Shown piece after piece: positions 43,584-56,760 of a stretch of DNA of 64,000 nt. Position numbers and translations under genes: made by a program. Numbering within the stretch: the stretch's first letter is position 1; each line of letters starts with the position of its first letter. Below the pieces are notes generated by a model that made no database searches, had not been told where the DNA came from, and saw nothing but the letters and a program-made list of their open reading frames with translations. The DNA is from the human T2T-CHM13v2.0 reference genome, Homo sapiens. The stretch is taken from NCBI RefSeq assembly GCF_009914755.1, contig NC_060933.1; one strand, 5' to 3'.

Positions 43584-46500
43584 GGCTGCACCTCTGAGTG
43601 TTATGAAGGAATCAAAACACCTCTAAAAAGACATGAAGAGTCAAGAAAGGGACATATTCTCCTTCATTCACAACCCAGTCTCACAGAGACCTGACCCAGT
43701 TCTTACCTGAAAACATGCCTAGAACATGCCAATAAGCCTGGAGTACAGGATAAATCACAAAAATCTCTAATATATTTAAAGTCAAGGTGTCAGGCTGAAG
43801 CTTGCACCCAGTTACCTGGCCACAAAGGAAGCTGAAAGTGAATGAGTGAATTGAAAGTAAAAATCCTTATTAGTAAAACCCTTCTCTGGAAAAGGTCACT
43901 ACTTGATTTCACGTGTCAATCTGTAACACCTTCCAAAGTTTCGCACCAAAACACCATCACACTGGGCCTAGCAGTCAACATATTTGGGGAAAATAAATAT
44001 TCAGTCCATAACAATACTCATATGTTTAATGAATAAATTGTACAGATAAAGCTCTAGATTGACTGTAAGAACAAACCAGCAATCCTGAGAGGATCCACCT
44101 CTGAAGGAAGCGGGCTGCTCCTGCAGGACCCGGGAGATACCCCAAATACTCCTTGGAGGCAGAAAGCCTCGGGCAAGTTTTCAAGCCCATCTTCCCTGCA
44201 CTTGGAAACAGACTTGGGGCTGCTATGGAGGGCATGGTGGGAGTGACACTGGCCCGTTGGTTTGCGTGGGAGCTGGGCGAGGCCTGTGGTTGCCAGCTGT
44301 GATACCACTTCCCTGACAAACTGCGTGACTCAGCAGAGGCAGCCATAATCCTCCTAGGTACACAACTCCAGTGACCTGGGAATCTCACCCCCATCCCCCA
44401 CAGCAGCTACAACAAGACCTGCCCAAGGAGAGACTGAGCTCACTCATGCCTAGCCCCGCCCCGACCTGATGGTCCTTACCTACCCACCCTGGTAGTGGAC
44501 GACAAAGGGCATATAATCTTGGGAGTTCTAGGGCCCCACATACCGCCAGTCCCTCTCCATATTACTACATCTGATGCTTTCAGGAAACTGCCACCTCCTG
44601 GCAGGAGGCCAACCAGCACAAAAATAGAGCATTAAACCACCAAAGCTAAGGACACTCAATGGAGTTCATCGCATCAACCACCACCTCCACTGGAACAGGC
44701 ACTGATATCCATGGCTGAGAGACCCGTAGACAGTTCACATCACAGGACTCTGTGCAGACAACCCCAAGTACCAGCCCCGAGCCAGGTAGACTCACTGGGT
44801 GGCTGGACCCAGAAGAAAGACAACAATCACTGCAGTTCGGCTCACAAGAAGTCACATCCACAGGAAAAGAGGGAGAGTACTACATCAAGGGAAAACACTG
44901 TGGGACAAAAAAAAATCTGAACAACAGCCTTCAGCCCTAGACTTTCCTTCTGACAGAGCCTACCCAAATGAGAAGGAACCAGAAAACTAACTCTGCTAAT
45001 ATGATAAAACAAGGCTCGTCAACACCCCCCAAAATTCACACTAGTTCACCAGCAATGGATCCAAGCCAAGAAGAAATCCCTGATTTACTTGAAAAATAAT
45101 TCAGGAGGTTAGTTATTAAGCTAATCAGGAAGGGACCAGAGAAAGGTGAAGCCCAATGCAAGGAAATCCAAAAAATGATACAAGAAGTGAAGGGAGAAAT
45201 ATTCAATAAAATAGATAGCTTAAAGAAAAAACAAACAAAAATTCAGGAAACTTTGGACATACTTTTAGAAATGTGAAATGCTCTGGAAAGTCTCGCAGTA
45301 GAATTGAACAAGTAGGGGAAAGAAATTCAGAGCCCAAAGACAAGGTGTTTGAATTAACCCAATCCAACAAAGACAAAGGAAAAAAATAAGAAAATATGAA
45401 CAAAGCCTCCAAGAAGTTTGGGATTATGTTAAACTACCAAACCTGAGAAGGATCGGTGTTCCTGAGGAAGAAGACAATTCTAAAAGCTTGGAAAACATAT
45501 TTGGGGGAATAATCAAAGAAGACTTCCTTGGTCTTGATAGCGACCTAGGCATGCAAATACAAGAAGCACAAAGAATACCTGGGAAATTCATCACAAAAAT
45601 ATCTTCATCTAGGCACACTGTCATCAGGTTATTCAAAGTTAAGACAAAGGAAAGAATCTTAAGAGCTGTGAGACAGAAGCACCAGGTGACCTATAAAGAA
45701 AAACCTATCAGATTAACAGCAGATTTCTCAGCAAAGACCCTACAAGGTAGAAGGGATTGGGGCCCTATCTTCAGCCTCCTCAAACAAAACAATTATCAGC
45801 CGAGAATTTTGTATCCAGTGAAACTAAGCATCATATGTGAAGGAAAGATGCAGTCACTTTCAAACAAACAAATGCTGAGAGAATTCAGCATTACCAAGCC
45901 ACGACTACAAGAACTGCTAAAAGGAGCTCTAAATCTTGAAACAAATCCTGGAAACACATCAGAACAGAACCTCTTTAAAGCATAAATCACACAGGACCTA
46001 TAAAACAAAAATACAAGTTAAAAAGCAAAAACAAAAAAACGAAAAAATCAAAGTAGACAGCCAACAAAGAGCATGATTAATGCAAAAGTACCTCACATTT
46101 CAATACTAATATTGAATGTAAGTGGCCTAAATGCTTCACTTAAAAGATACAGAACAGCAGAATGGATAAGAACTCACAAACCAACTATCTTCTGCCTTTA
46201 GGAACCTCACCTAACACATAAGGACTCACATAAACTTAAAGTAAAGGGGTAGAAAAAGGCATTTCATGCAAACAGACACCAAAAGCAAGCAGGAGTAGCT
46301 GTTCTTAGTCCAGACAAAACAAACTTCAAAGCAACAGCAGTTAAAATGGACAAAGAGGGACATTATATAGTGGTAAAAGGCCTTGTCCAACAGGAAAATA
46401 TCACAGTCCTAAACATATATGCACCTAACACTGGAACTCCCAAATTTATAAAACAATTACTATCGACCTAAGAAATGAGATAGATAGCAACACCATAACA

Positions 46501-47550
46501 GTGGGGGACTTCAATACTCCACTGACAGCACTAGACAGGCCATCAAGACAGAAAGTCAACAAAGAAACAATGGACTTAAACAATACCCTGGAACAAATAG
46601 ACTCAACAGATATATAGAGAACATTTCATCCAACAACCACAGAACACTCATCTATTCAACAGCTCATGGAACTTTCTCCAAGATAGACCATATGATAGGC
46701 CATAAAATGAGCCTCAATCAATTTAAAAAAATTGAAATTATACCAACACTCTCTCAGACCACAGTGGAATAAAACTGGAAATCAACTCAAAAGGAACCGT
46801 CAAAACCATGTAAATACATGGAAATTAAATAACTGCTCCTGGATGAGCATTGGGTCAAAAATGAAATCAAGATGGAAATTTTAAAAATTATTTAAAATGA
46901 ATGACAATAATGACACAACCTATCAAAACCTCTGAAATACAGCTAATGCAGTGCTAAGAGGAAAGTTCCTAGCCCTAAATGCCTACATCAAAAAGTCTGA
47001 AAGAGCACAAAGAGACAATCTAAGGTCACATCTCAATAAACTAGAGAAACAAGAATAAACCAAACCCAAACCTAGCAGAAGAAAGGAAATCACCAGGATC
47101 AGAGAAGAACTAAATGAAATTGAAACAAACAAACAAACAAAAAATACAAAAGATAAATGAAACAAAAAGCTGGTTCTTTGAAAACATAAATGTAATTGAT
47201 ATACCATTACCAAGATTAACTAAGAAAAGATGAGAGAAAATCCAAATGACCTCACTAAGAAATGAAACAGGAGATGTTACAACTGACACCACTGAAATAT
47301 AAAAGATCATTCAAAGCTACTATGAACACCTTTACGCACATAACTAGAAAACCTAGAAGAGATGGATAAATTCCTGGAAAAATACAACCCTCCTAGCTTA
47401 AATCAGGAAGAATTAGACACCCTGAACAGACCAATAACAAGCAGTGAGACTGAAATGGTAATTTAAAAATTACCAACAAAAAAAAAGTCCAAGACTAGAC
47501 AGATTAACAGCAGAATTCTAACAGACATTCAAAGAAGAATTGGTATTCTT

Positions 47551-48210
47551 TTGACACTGTTCCACAAGATAGAGAAAGAAGGAACCCTCACTAATTCATT
47601 CTATGAAATCAGCATCACCCTAATACCAAAACCAGGAAAGGATACAAGCAAAAAAGAAAACTACATACCAATATCCTCGATGAACATAGATACTAAAATC
47701 CTTAACAAAAGACTACCTAACCAAATCCAGCAACATATCAAAAAGATAATCCACCATGATAAAGTAGGTTTCATGCCAGGGATGCAGGGATGGTTTAACA
47801 TACACAAGTCAATAAATGTGATACATGACATAAACAGAATTAAAAACAAAAATCACATGATCATCTCAATAGATGCAGGAAAAACATTTGACAAAATCCA
47901 ACATCCTTTTATGATTAAAAGCCTCAGCAAAACCAGCATTCAAGGGACATATCTTAATTTAATAAAAGCCATCTATGACAAACCCACAGCCAACATAATA
48001 CTGAATAGGGAAAAATTGAAAGCATTCCCTCTGAGAAAGGGAACAAGACAAGGATGCCCACTCTCACCACTCCTCTTCAACATAGTACTGGAAGTCCTAG
48101 CCAGAGCAATCAGACAAGAGAAAGAAATAAATGGCATCCAAATCAGTAAAGAGGAAGTCAAACTGTCACTGTTTGTTGACAATATGATCATTTTCCTTGA
48201 AAACCCTTAA
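47551..48210 (+). pseudogene. L1 ORF2 reverse-transcriptase remnant
   Basis: [21 protein letters not shown] motif is present; catalytic FADD has decayed to FVDN, followed by a stop. Confidence 0.9.
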
Positions 48211-49750
48211 GGCTCCTCCAGAAAGCTCCTAGAACTGATAAAAGAATTCAGCAAAGTTTCCAGACACAAGATTAATGGAGACAAATCAGTAGCTCTTCTA
48301 TACACCAACAGTGACCAAGCAGAGAATCAAATCAAGAACTCAACCCCTTTCACAATAGCTGCAAAAATAAATAAGTAAATAAAACACTTAGGAATATATC
48401 TAACAAAGGAGTCAAAAGACCTCTATAAGGAAAACTACAAAACACTGCTGAAAGAAATCACAGATTACACAAACAAATGGAAACATATCCCATGCTCATG
48501 GATGAGTAGAATCAATATTGTGAAAATGACCATACTGTCAAAAGCAATCTACGAATTCAACACAATCCCCATCAAAATACTGCCATCATTCTTCACAGAG
48601 TTAGAAAACACAATTCTAAAGTTCATATGGAACCAAAAAAGAGCCCACATAGCCAAAGCAAGACTAAGCAAAAAGAACAAATCTGGAGGCATCAAGCTAC
48701 CTGATTTCAAACTATACTATAAGGCTATAGTCACCAAAATAGTGTGGTACCGGTATAAAAATAGGCACATAGACCAACGGGACAGAATAGAGAACCCAGA
48801 AATAAACCCAAATACTTACAGCCAACTGATCTTCAACAAAGCAAACAAAAACATAAAGTTGGGAAAAGACAGCCTTTGCAACAAATGGTGCTGGGATAAT
48901 TGGCTAGCCACATGTAAATGAAACTGGATCCTCATCTCTCACCTTATACAAAAATCAACTCAAGACAGATTAAGGACTTAAACCTAAGACCTGAAACTAT
49001 AAAAATTCTAGAAGATAACATTGGAAAAACCCTTCTAGACATTGGCTTAGGCAAGGATTTCATGACCAAGAACCCAAAAGCAAATATAATAAAAACAAAG
49101 ATAAATAGCTGGGACCCAATTAAACTAAACAGCTTTTGCATGGCAAAAGGAACAGTCAGCAGAGTAAAGAGACAACCCACAGAGTGGGAGAAAATCTTCA
49201 CAATCTACACATCTAACAAAAGATTAATATCCAGAATCTGCAATGAACTCAAACAAATCAGAAAGAAAAAAAACAAGCAATCCCATCAAAAAATGGCCTG
49301 AGGACAAGAATAGACAATTCTCAAAAGAAGATATACAAATGGACAACAAACATATGAAAAAATGCTCAACATCACTAATGATCAGGGAAATGCAAATCAA
49401 AACCACAATGCGATACTACCTTACTACTGCAAGAATGGCTGTAATCAAAACATCAAAAAACAGTAGAGGTTGGTGTGGATGAAGTGGTCAGGGAACACTT
49501 CTGCACTGCTGGTGGGAATCTAAACTAGTACAGCCATTGTGGAAAACAGTGTGAAGATTCCTTAAAGAACTAAAAGTAGAACTACCATTTGATCCAGTAA
49601 TCACACTACTGGGTATCTACCCAGAGGAAAATAAGTCATTGTTCAAAAAAGATACTTGCACGCTCATGTTTATAGCAGCACAATTCACAATTGCAAAATC
49701 GTGGAATCAGCCCAAACACCCATCAATCAACAAATGGACAAAGAAACGTT

Positions 49751-49753
<3 letters not shown>

Positions 49754-49802
<49 letters not shown>

Positions 49803-49905
49803 CATATATATGTGTGTGTATATATATCACATATATATGTGATATATATATCCATATATATATGTCTATGGATATATATATGGATATATATATCCATATA
49901 TATAT
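49754..49905. repeat. (TA)n microsatellite with palindromic derivatives
   Basis: About 22 pure TA units followed by tatcacatatatatgtgata- and tatccatat-type variants. Confidence 0.95.
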
Positions 49906-49971
49906 GTGGATGAAGTGATCAGGGAACACTTCTGGACTGCTGGTGGGTATGTAAACCATATATATATATAT

Positions 49972-50143
49972 GTCTCCAATCTCATCCAGGTCACTGTAAA
50001 TGCTTTTAATTCATTCCTTTTCATGGCTGTGTAGTATATATGGATATATATATCACATATATATGTGATATGGATATATACTACACAGCCATAAAAAGGA
50101 ATGAATTAAAAGCATTTACAGTGACCTGGATGAGATTGGAGAC
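49972..50143. repeat. 70-bp inverted repeat (1 mismatch) with a 32-nt spacer
   Basis: 49972-50041 is the reverse complement of 50074-50143 except for one base. Confidence 0.95.
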
Positions 50144-51415
50144 TTATTCTAAGTGAAGTAACTCAGAAATGAAAAACCAAACATCATATGTTCTTGCTGA
50201 TATGTGGAGGCTAAACTATGAGGAGGTGAAGGCATAGGAATGATACAATGGACTTTGGGAACTTGGGGGTGGAGAGTGGGAAGGGGGCAAGGAATAAAAG
50301 ACAACAAATATGGTGCAGTGTATACTGCTCGGGTGATAGGTACACCAAAACCTCACAAATCACCACTAAAGAACGTACTCATGTAACCAAACACCACCTG
50401 TACCCCAATAACTTACAGAAAAATAAAAATTAAAATTAAAAAACAAAGTGCCAGTCTGCAAAGGATGTACTCGGGTTTTCCTTTGCAACCTTTTCCTAGA
50501 TACTTTGGTAGGAAATAACATACTACAAGGCTCCCTTCTAGCCATCATCAGTTTCTGTTCCCATCAGGTGGAGCTAGAATCATGATGACAAGGTTATGTA
50601 AAGAGTGTGCACCAGTAAGCAAGCAATATGAGTTAGGCTTCAAAGAAAGCTCTTTTTCATAACTGCTTTCATGATCTAGTACATGTTACATCTGAAAAAG
50701 AAGATGAACATAGTGATTTTTGGTCACAAGTAAACCAAGTCTTTCTTTCAGTATTTTAGTTCAAGCCCAGAATTGTAATTACATATTTTTGCCTTTTACT
50801 TTCACATATTTAAGATGAATAATGCATTATGTAGTGGCAAAATGCCGACCAGTTCTATGCATCCCTACTTATCTTAAGAGAAACAATAGTGCACAGCCAG
50901 AAAACAATGCAAAACCTGCCTGAAAATCTCTCACCTAAAAATCTGGACTAGGTAAAGCTTGTGAGTATTATACAGAGGTAAGAGGTTAAGTTCGCCTTTA
51001 TTTTCCAACGTGGTTCAACACCTAGCTGTCATAGCAATGACTGAACATTTGATAGATTTCTCTTTAACTTCAAACAATTTGCATTTTCTTGGCCATCCCT
51101 CAGTTGAATGCACACAAATCAAAACTACTTGTGTTCAGTAAATATGTACATCACATAGTTGATCAAAAATTGATGATGCTCCAGTGATTGATGCAAAATG
51201 CCTAAAGGTATTAATTGCTTTATATACCCAAGGCTTTGACCTCACTCCAACAAAATCAATTAAGGCACTGGCATAAGAGTTTCCAGCACAGAATAAATCT
51301 ATGTAACCTCAAATTACATTCATTACCCAAACTGTTGCAATCATTGTGTCAAAATCAGAGTAGTATACTGGTAGTTAGGTGGCAAAAGGTACCAAGATCA
51401 GCCTCCTCACCTTAC

Positions 51416-51436
51416 CAGGACTTAGAGGAGAGATAT
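51416..51436 (-). other. Candidate 21-nt microexon
   Basis: cctaattaccattgtttctgtag|ATATCTCTCCTCTAAGTCCTG|gtaagg: branch-like CTAAT, acceptor and strong donor; length is frame-preserving. Confidence 0.35.
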
Positions 51437-51617
51437 CTACAGAAACAATGGTAATTAGGAAACAAATACCTATCATTCTCTATGTTTGTGGGCCACAATT
51501 CAAAGCTGAAAGTTTGAAGAAGTTGTTATAGACAATCACTCTCCACCATTTGTTTCTATTTGAATCAGGCCTACATAGCTTTAGGCTGAATCAAGGTGAC
51601 TTACTGGAATAAGGCAA

Positions 51618-54097
51618 TATGTTAGTTAGTTTTTATTAATATAAAGGAATACCAGAGAATGGGTAATTTATAAAGAAAAGAGGCTTATTTTGGCTAACAG
51701 TTATGTGGGATGTACAGGAAGTGTGGTGCTGGCATCTGCTTTGGGTGTGGGCCTCAGGGAGCTAATTACAATCATGGTGGAAGACAAAGGGGGAGCCAGT
51801 GTATCATACCTTGAGAGGGAATAAGGCAGGGGCAGGTGCCAGGCTCTTTTAAACAACCAGATTTGCTTGAACCACTAGAGCAAGAACTCACTCATTGCTG
51901 CGGGGATGACACCAAGCCATTCATAAGGAACCTGCCCCCATGACCCAAACACCTCCCATCAGGCCCACCTCCAACATTGGAGGTCACATTTCAACATGAG
52001 ATGTAGAGGGGACACACATTCAAACTATGTCATTCTGCCCCTGGCCCCCCAAATCTCATGTTCTTCTCACATTGCAAAATACAATCATCCTTCCCAATAG
52101 TCCTCCAAAGTCTTAATTCATTCCATCATTACCTCAAAGTCCAAAGTCTCAACTGAGACTTAAGACCAAGTTCCTTCCACCTATGAGCCTATAAAATAAC
52201 TCTTGGGAGTTATTTACTCCCAAGATACAATGGTGGTACAGACATTGGGTAGACATTCCCATTCCAAAAGGAAAAAATCAGCCAAAAAAAAGGGACAAAA
52301 AACCCCATGCAGGTCTGAAGCCCAGCAAGGTATTCATTAAATCTTACAGCTCCAACATAATCTCCTTTGACTCAATGTTCTGCATACAGGACACACTAGT
52401 GCAACAGGTGGGCTCCCAAGGTCTTGGGCAGCTCTGCCTCTGTGGCTGCTCTCACAGTTTGGAATCTGGTACCTGAAGCCTTTTCATGCTGAGGGTGCAA
52501 GCTGCCAGTGGCTCTACCATCCTGGTGTCTGGAGAGTGAGAGACTTGTTTCCACAGCTCCACTAGGCAATACCCTGGTGGGGACTCTGTGTGAGGGCTCC
52601 AACCCCACCTTTCCCCTTGGCACTGCCCCAGTAGAGGCTCTTTGCAGGGTTCCACCACTGTAGCAGGCTTCTGCCTAGGCACCCAGACTTTGATACATCT
52701 GAAATCTAGGGAAAATCTGCCAAACTCCTTTCATGTTTGCATTTTGTGTGCCTACAGACTTAACATCATGTGGAAGCTGCCAAGACTTACAGCTTGTGCT
52801 CTCAGGAGTGGTAGCCCCAGCTGTAGCTGGAGCACTTTGAGCCATGGCTGAAACAGGACCAGTCAGGATGCAGGAGGCAGTATGCCAAGGATGACTAGGG
52901 CAGCAGGACCCAGAACCTGGTCCCTGAAACCATTCTTTCCTCCTAGGCCCCTGGGCCTGCGATGGGGCCATTCAGATCTCTGAAATGCCTTCAAGGTCTT
53001 TTTCCCATTGTCATAAATATTAGCACTTGGCTCCCATTCAGTCATGCTAGTGTCTCTAGCAAGTGGTTGCTGCATAGCCTGCTTGTGTTCCTTGCCTGAA
53101 AATGCTCTTTCCTTCTCTATCACATGACTAGGCTGCAAATTTTCCAAACTTCTATGCTCTGCTGCCCTTTTAAATATAAGTTCTAACTTTAAGTTATTCC
53201 TTTACTCCCATATCTTATCATAGGCTGTTAGAAACAGCCACGCCACTTCTTGAATGCTTTGCTGCTTAGAAATTTATTTCACTAGATACTGTGGGACATC
53301 ACTCTTAAGCTCAAGTTTCCACAAAGCTCTAGGTCATGGATACAATGCAACCATGTTCTTTGCTAGGGCATAACATAGGTGATCTATGCTTCAGTTCCTC
53401 ATTTCCATTTGAGGCCTCATTAGCCCAGCCTTCACTGTCCATATTTATATCAGAATTTTTGTCACAACTATTTAACCAGTCTCTAAGAAGTTTCAAATTT
53501 TCCCTCATTTTCCTGTCTTCTTTTGAGCCCTCCAAACTCTTCCAACCTCTGCCCATTACCCAGTTCCAAAACTGCTTCCACATTTTCAGGTATCTTTATA
53601 GCAACACCCCACTCATTGGTAACAATTTTCTCCATTAGTCCATTTTCATTGCTGTAAAGGAACATCTGAGTCTGGATAATTTGCAAAGAAAAGAGGTTTA
53701 TTTTAGCTCACAGTTCTGTGGGCTGTATAGGAAGTGTGGTGCTGGCATCTGCTTCTAGTGAGGACCTCAGGGAGCTTGCAATCATGGTGGAAGGTGATGG
53801 GGAAGTTGATCTATCACGTGGCAAGAGAGGAAGCAAGAGAGATTGGGGAGGTGGTTGCCAGACTACTTTAAACAACCAGCTTTTGCATGAACTACCAGAG
53901 CAAGAACTCACTCACTACCATTGGGAGGCCATCAAGCCATTCATGAGGGATCCACCCCCATGACCCAAATACCTCCCACTTCTCCCTGCCTCAATCAAAA
54001 GCAGGACTCAGAACAAACACCTCCCAGACCCACCTCCAAAACTGGAGGTCACATTTCAACATGAGATTTGAAGAGGGTGCACATCCCAAATATATCA
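51618..54097 (-). mobile_element. Complete MST (MSTB-like) MaLR element: LTR 51618-52032, internal 52033-53630, LTR 53631-54097
   Basis: Two similar LTRs in the same orientation flank MaLR internal sequence; TSD ggca(a/g). Confidence 0.92.
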
Positions 54098-54319
54098 GGC
54101 AGAAACAATCAGGAACAGACAACACTAAGAAGCAATGATTTTCCCTAGTTCTTTGCCCAAGACCGAGCATTGCCACTAGGGTGAAGAAAATAAAAGGAAG
54201 ATAAAGTAGGTGGGCCTCATCCCATTTAGGAACAGCCTTGGCCTTTTAATTCCATTCTTACATGGAATATTTATAAAATGGCAAGCTATAATCGATAGCT
54301 AAATGTGATATTGACTAGT

Positions 54320-54760
54320 ATTTGGGTGAACCAGAAATGCTTTCTGCTGAAAGTAACAAAAAAGCCATCTAACACTGACTTAACCAACGGTGTATTTTCC
54401 TCATGCAAGAAGGCTGCAGGTGGGCAATGGTTAGTGTTGGTTCAGGAGGTTAAAGATGGCAGAGATGGAATCTCCAGCATTCTCTTGATCTGTCAGTTCC
54501 ATTACCTTATGGTTACAAAGTGGCCACCAAAGTCCAGGCATCACATGTGAATTCAAGCCTAGAAGTTAGAGAAGAGGGTTCCAGTATCAGTATGCCTTTA
54601 TTGAGAAAATGAGCCTCTTCCCCAAAGCTCTCAGTAGAATTCAGTTTACATACAATTGGACAGAATTTTGTCATATCACCACTGTCAGCTGCAAGAGAGT
54701 ATGGAGAAGTGAATATTTGGACAGGAACACAAGGGAGGTCTCCTTCTTGGGGAAGAACAA
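54320..54760 (-). mobile_element. Old MLT1 (J/K-like) LTR
   Basis: tggttacaaagtggccacc...caggcatcacat; attggacagaattttgtcatat...agctgcaagag. Confidence 0.55.
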
Positions 54761-55552
54761 GAAGTAGGGCTAGAGGCATGATAGAAATGAGGAAATGAGA
54801 GCCTTTAGGAAGATCACATAGTAAATATCTGGCATCAGATTTTGAAGTAAGATCAATAGAAGAGAGAAGGAAACATTCTCTTCCCTTATTTCATACACAT
54901 AGGAAAATAATTTCAAGAAAGAATGGAACAATACACATCAGCATACATTAGCAGGATGAGTGAAAAGGGCTTCCCTAGACTAACTCAATCAAAAGCAGGA
55001 CTCAGATCATATCTGGAGCTTCACTGAACCTTCCTCAAAACAGGCAGGCCAAAGTCACAGGCAATTACAGTCTTCTTTAGTATTTTAATCTACCAAACAA
55101 TAAGATATGGGTAAATAATGCCACACTAAGACACTGAAGAAACCCTCGCATTTGACAATGCATGTCCTGGTATTGAAAATGCCTAAATAAATTACATATT
55201 TCATAATCAATTGAAGAGTGATGAGAAAGACAAGACAAGTGGCATTTGCTACTTCTTAAAGAATTTCAAATATAAAACTTAAAGACGAAATATAAAAAAG
55301 TGGAAAGGGCTCTACAAAGCTTTTCTAAGAACTAATTGACAACATGGTAAGGCTATGGGGGGTAGGGCATGCTATTTGTCCTTACTTTTTCCATGTATAT
55401 GAAAATCCAATTGAGGCAAAATATTTTGGCCATGAGCATAATTTCACAGTATATTTTTCAAGCTAATGAGACAAAGCATATACTACTTAAATTCTAAGTA
55501 CCCTGATACCAAAAGGGTGTTGAAGAAGAATATTTTTCATTTACACAGTTAG

Positions 55553-55745
55553 CAAAATGGTTCTGAACCCTTTCTATCAACTAGAGTCATTGGGAGCTTT
55601 TAAAATTACAGATGCATTGGCAATCTCACTGCTTAAAAATTCTAATTTAATTGGTTTGGGGTAGAGCCCAGGCATAGACATGTCTATTTGTTTGTTTGTT
55701 GCCCCTGTGTTGATTCCAAAGTGAAGCCAGAGTTGAGAACCATTG
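55553..55745. mobile_element. MER5-type DNA transposon
   Basis: attctaatttaattggtttggggtagagcccaggcat...gccagagttgagaaccattg. Confidence 0.8.
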
Positions 55746-55789
55746 GATGAAGAAAATAATACTCAACAGCGTTGAAGATGCAGTCAAGT

Positions 55790-56760
55790 TGGAGCACACA
55801 GAAACACTGAGTAAAAATTAGTATCATCTGTCTAAAATGTAATTTGGCAATATCTTATATGCCCAAACAATTGACTCTCTTTCTAAGAATATACTCTAAA
55901 GAAACAGGCAAAGAATCAGAGATTAATATACTGAAATATTCACTGCAACATCAGTAGTAAAAACATCCAATAACCATATAATTAAATAGCCTGACACATT
56001 TGCATTAAATATTTTCAAATAAAAATTTCAAAAATGAGAAACTACTAATGAAGTTTATATAAAAGTAGAATACAAGTGTATATATTATGGTATAAATAAA
56101 ATTATATGAAAAATGCATACAAAAAAGCAAAGTAAGAACATTAAGGTAGTAGTAGCAAAGTATTAACAGTAGTCTTATGGTGTGATTACATTGGTAATGT
56201 TTATTTTTATACTTTACGTATTTTTTGAATAATCTATATACATGTTAATTTTATAATCAGAAAAGCAAACATTTCTTTCCAAAGTCTTTGGTTGTAGCAT
56301 TTGCAGATCCTTCATTTGTTTAGAAAACCCTAATCTGATTGCTGCCATATGAACTGAGTATAGGGACTTCTAGTTTGAAGAAAAATGTAGTTTTTCATCA
56401 TTAAATGATGAGGTCAATAAGTTGGGGAGGTAGTTCTCAAAATACTTTTTAAGCTTCCATAGCTTCTTTATGAAATGAGCTCTTTTATTTTATATAAAAT
56501 ATAATTTAATCTCAAAATGTAATTCTAAAATGAGTATAACTGTATGTAGTCAGAACGTATAACAAGATTAGACCAATTTTCTATACTATTATTGTCAAGG
56601 ATGTTAACATCCTAGGGGAAATTTAACCAGCACTGTTTCTCAATTTGTTAAATATACTAAATAATCTGTGATATAATAAACAACAAACTTGTAGATATTC
56701 ATTTGTAAAGATATTCCCCTAGACATAGATACTTTTACTTCTTACTCTCCTATTTGTTTC
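55790..56760. mobile_element. Decayed L1ME 3' fragments
   Basis: aatttggcaatatc..., tattaacagtagt..., AT-rich L1ME-like motifs. Confidence 0.4.

Larger units (their letters stand above)
44060..50445 (+). mobile_element. Near-full-length inactive L1PB (L1PB1-like)
   Basis: 5'UTR, ORF1 remnant (45488-45985), endonuclease region, RT remnant (47551-48210), C-terminal fragments, L1PB 3'UTR and A tail; many stops and frameshifts. Confidence 0.93.

Noticed and set aside
49656-49959. YIYIYI-type ORFs
   Set aside because: Translation of the (TA)n repeat
44060-50445. Possible active LINE-1
   Set aside because: Both ORFs are fragmented and the RT catalytic motif has decayed to FVDN
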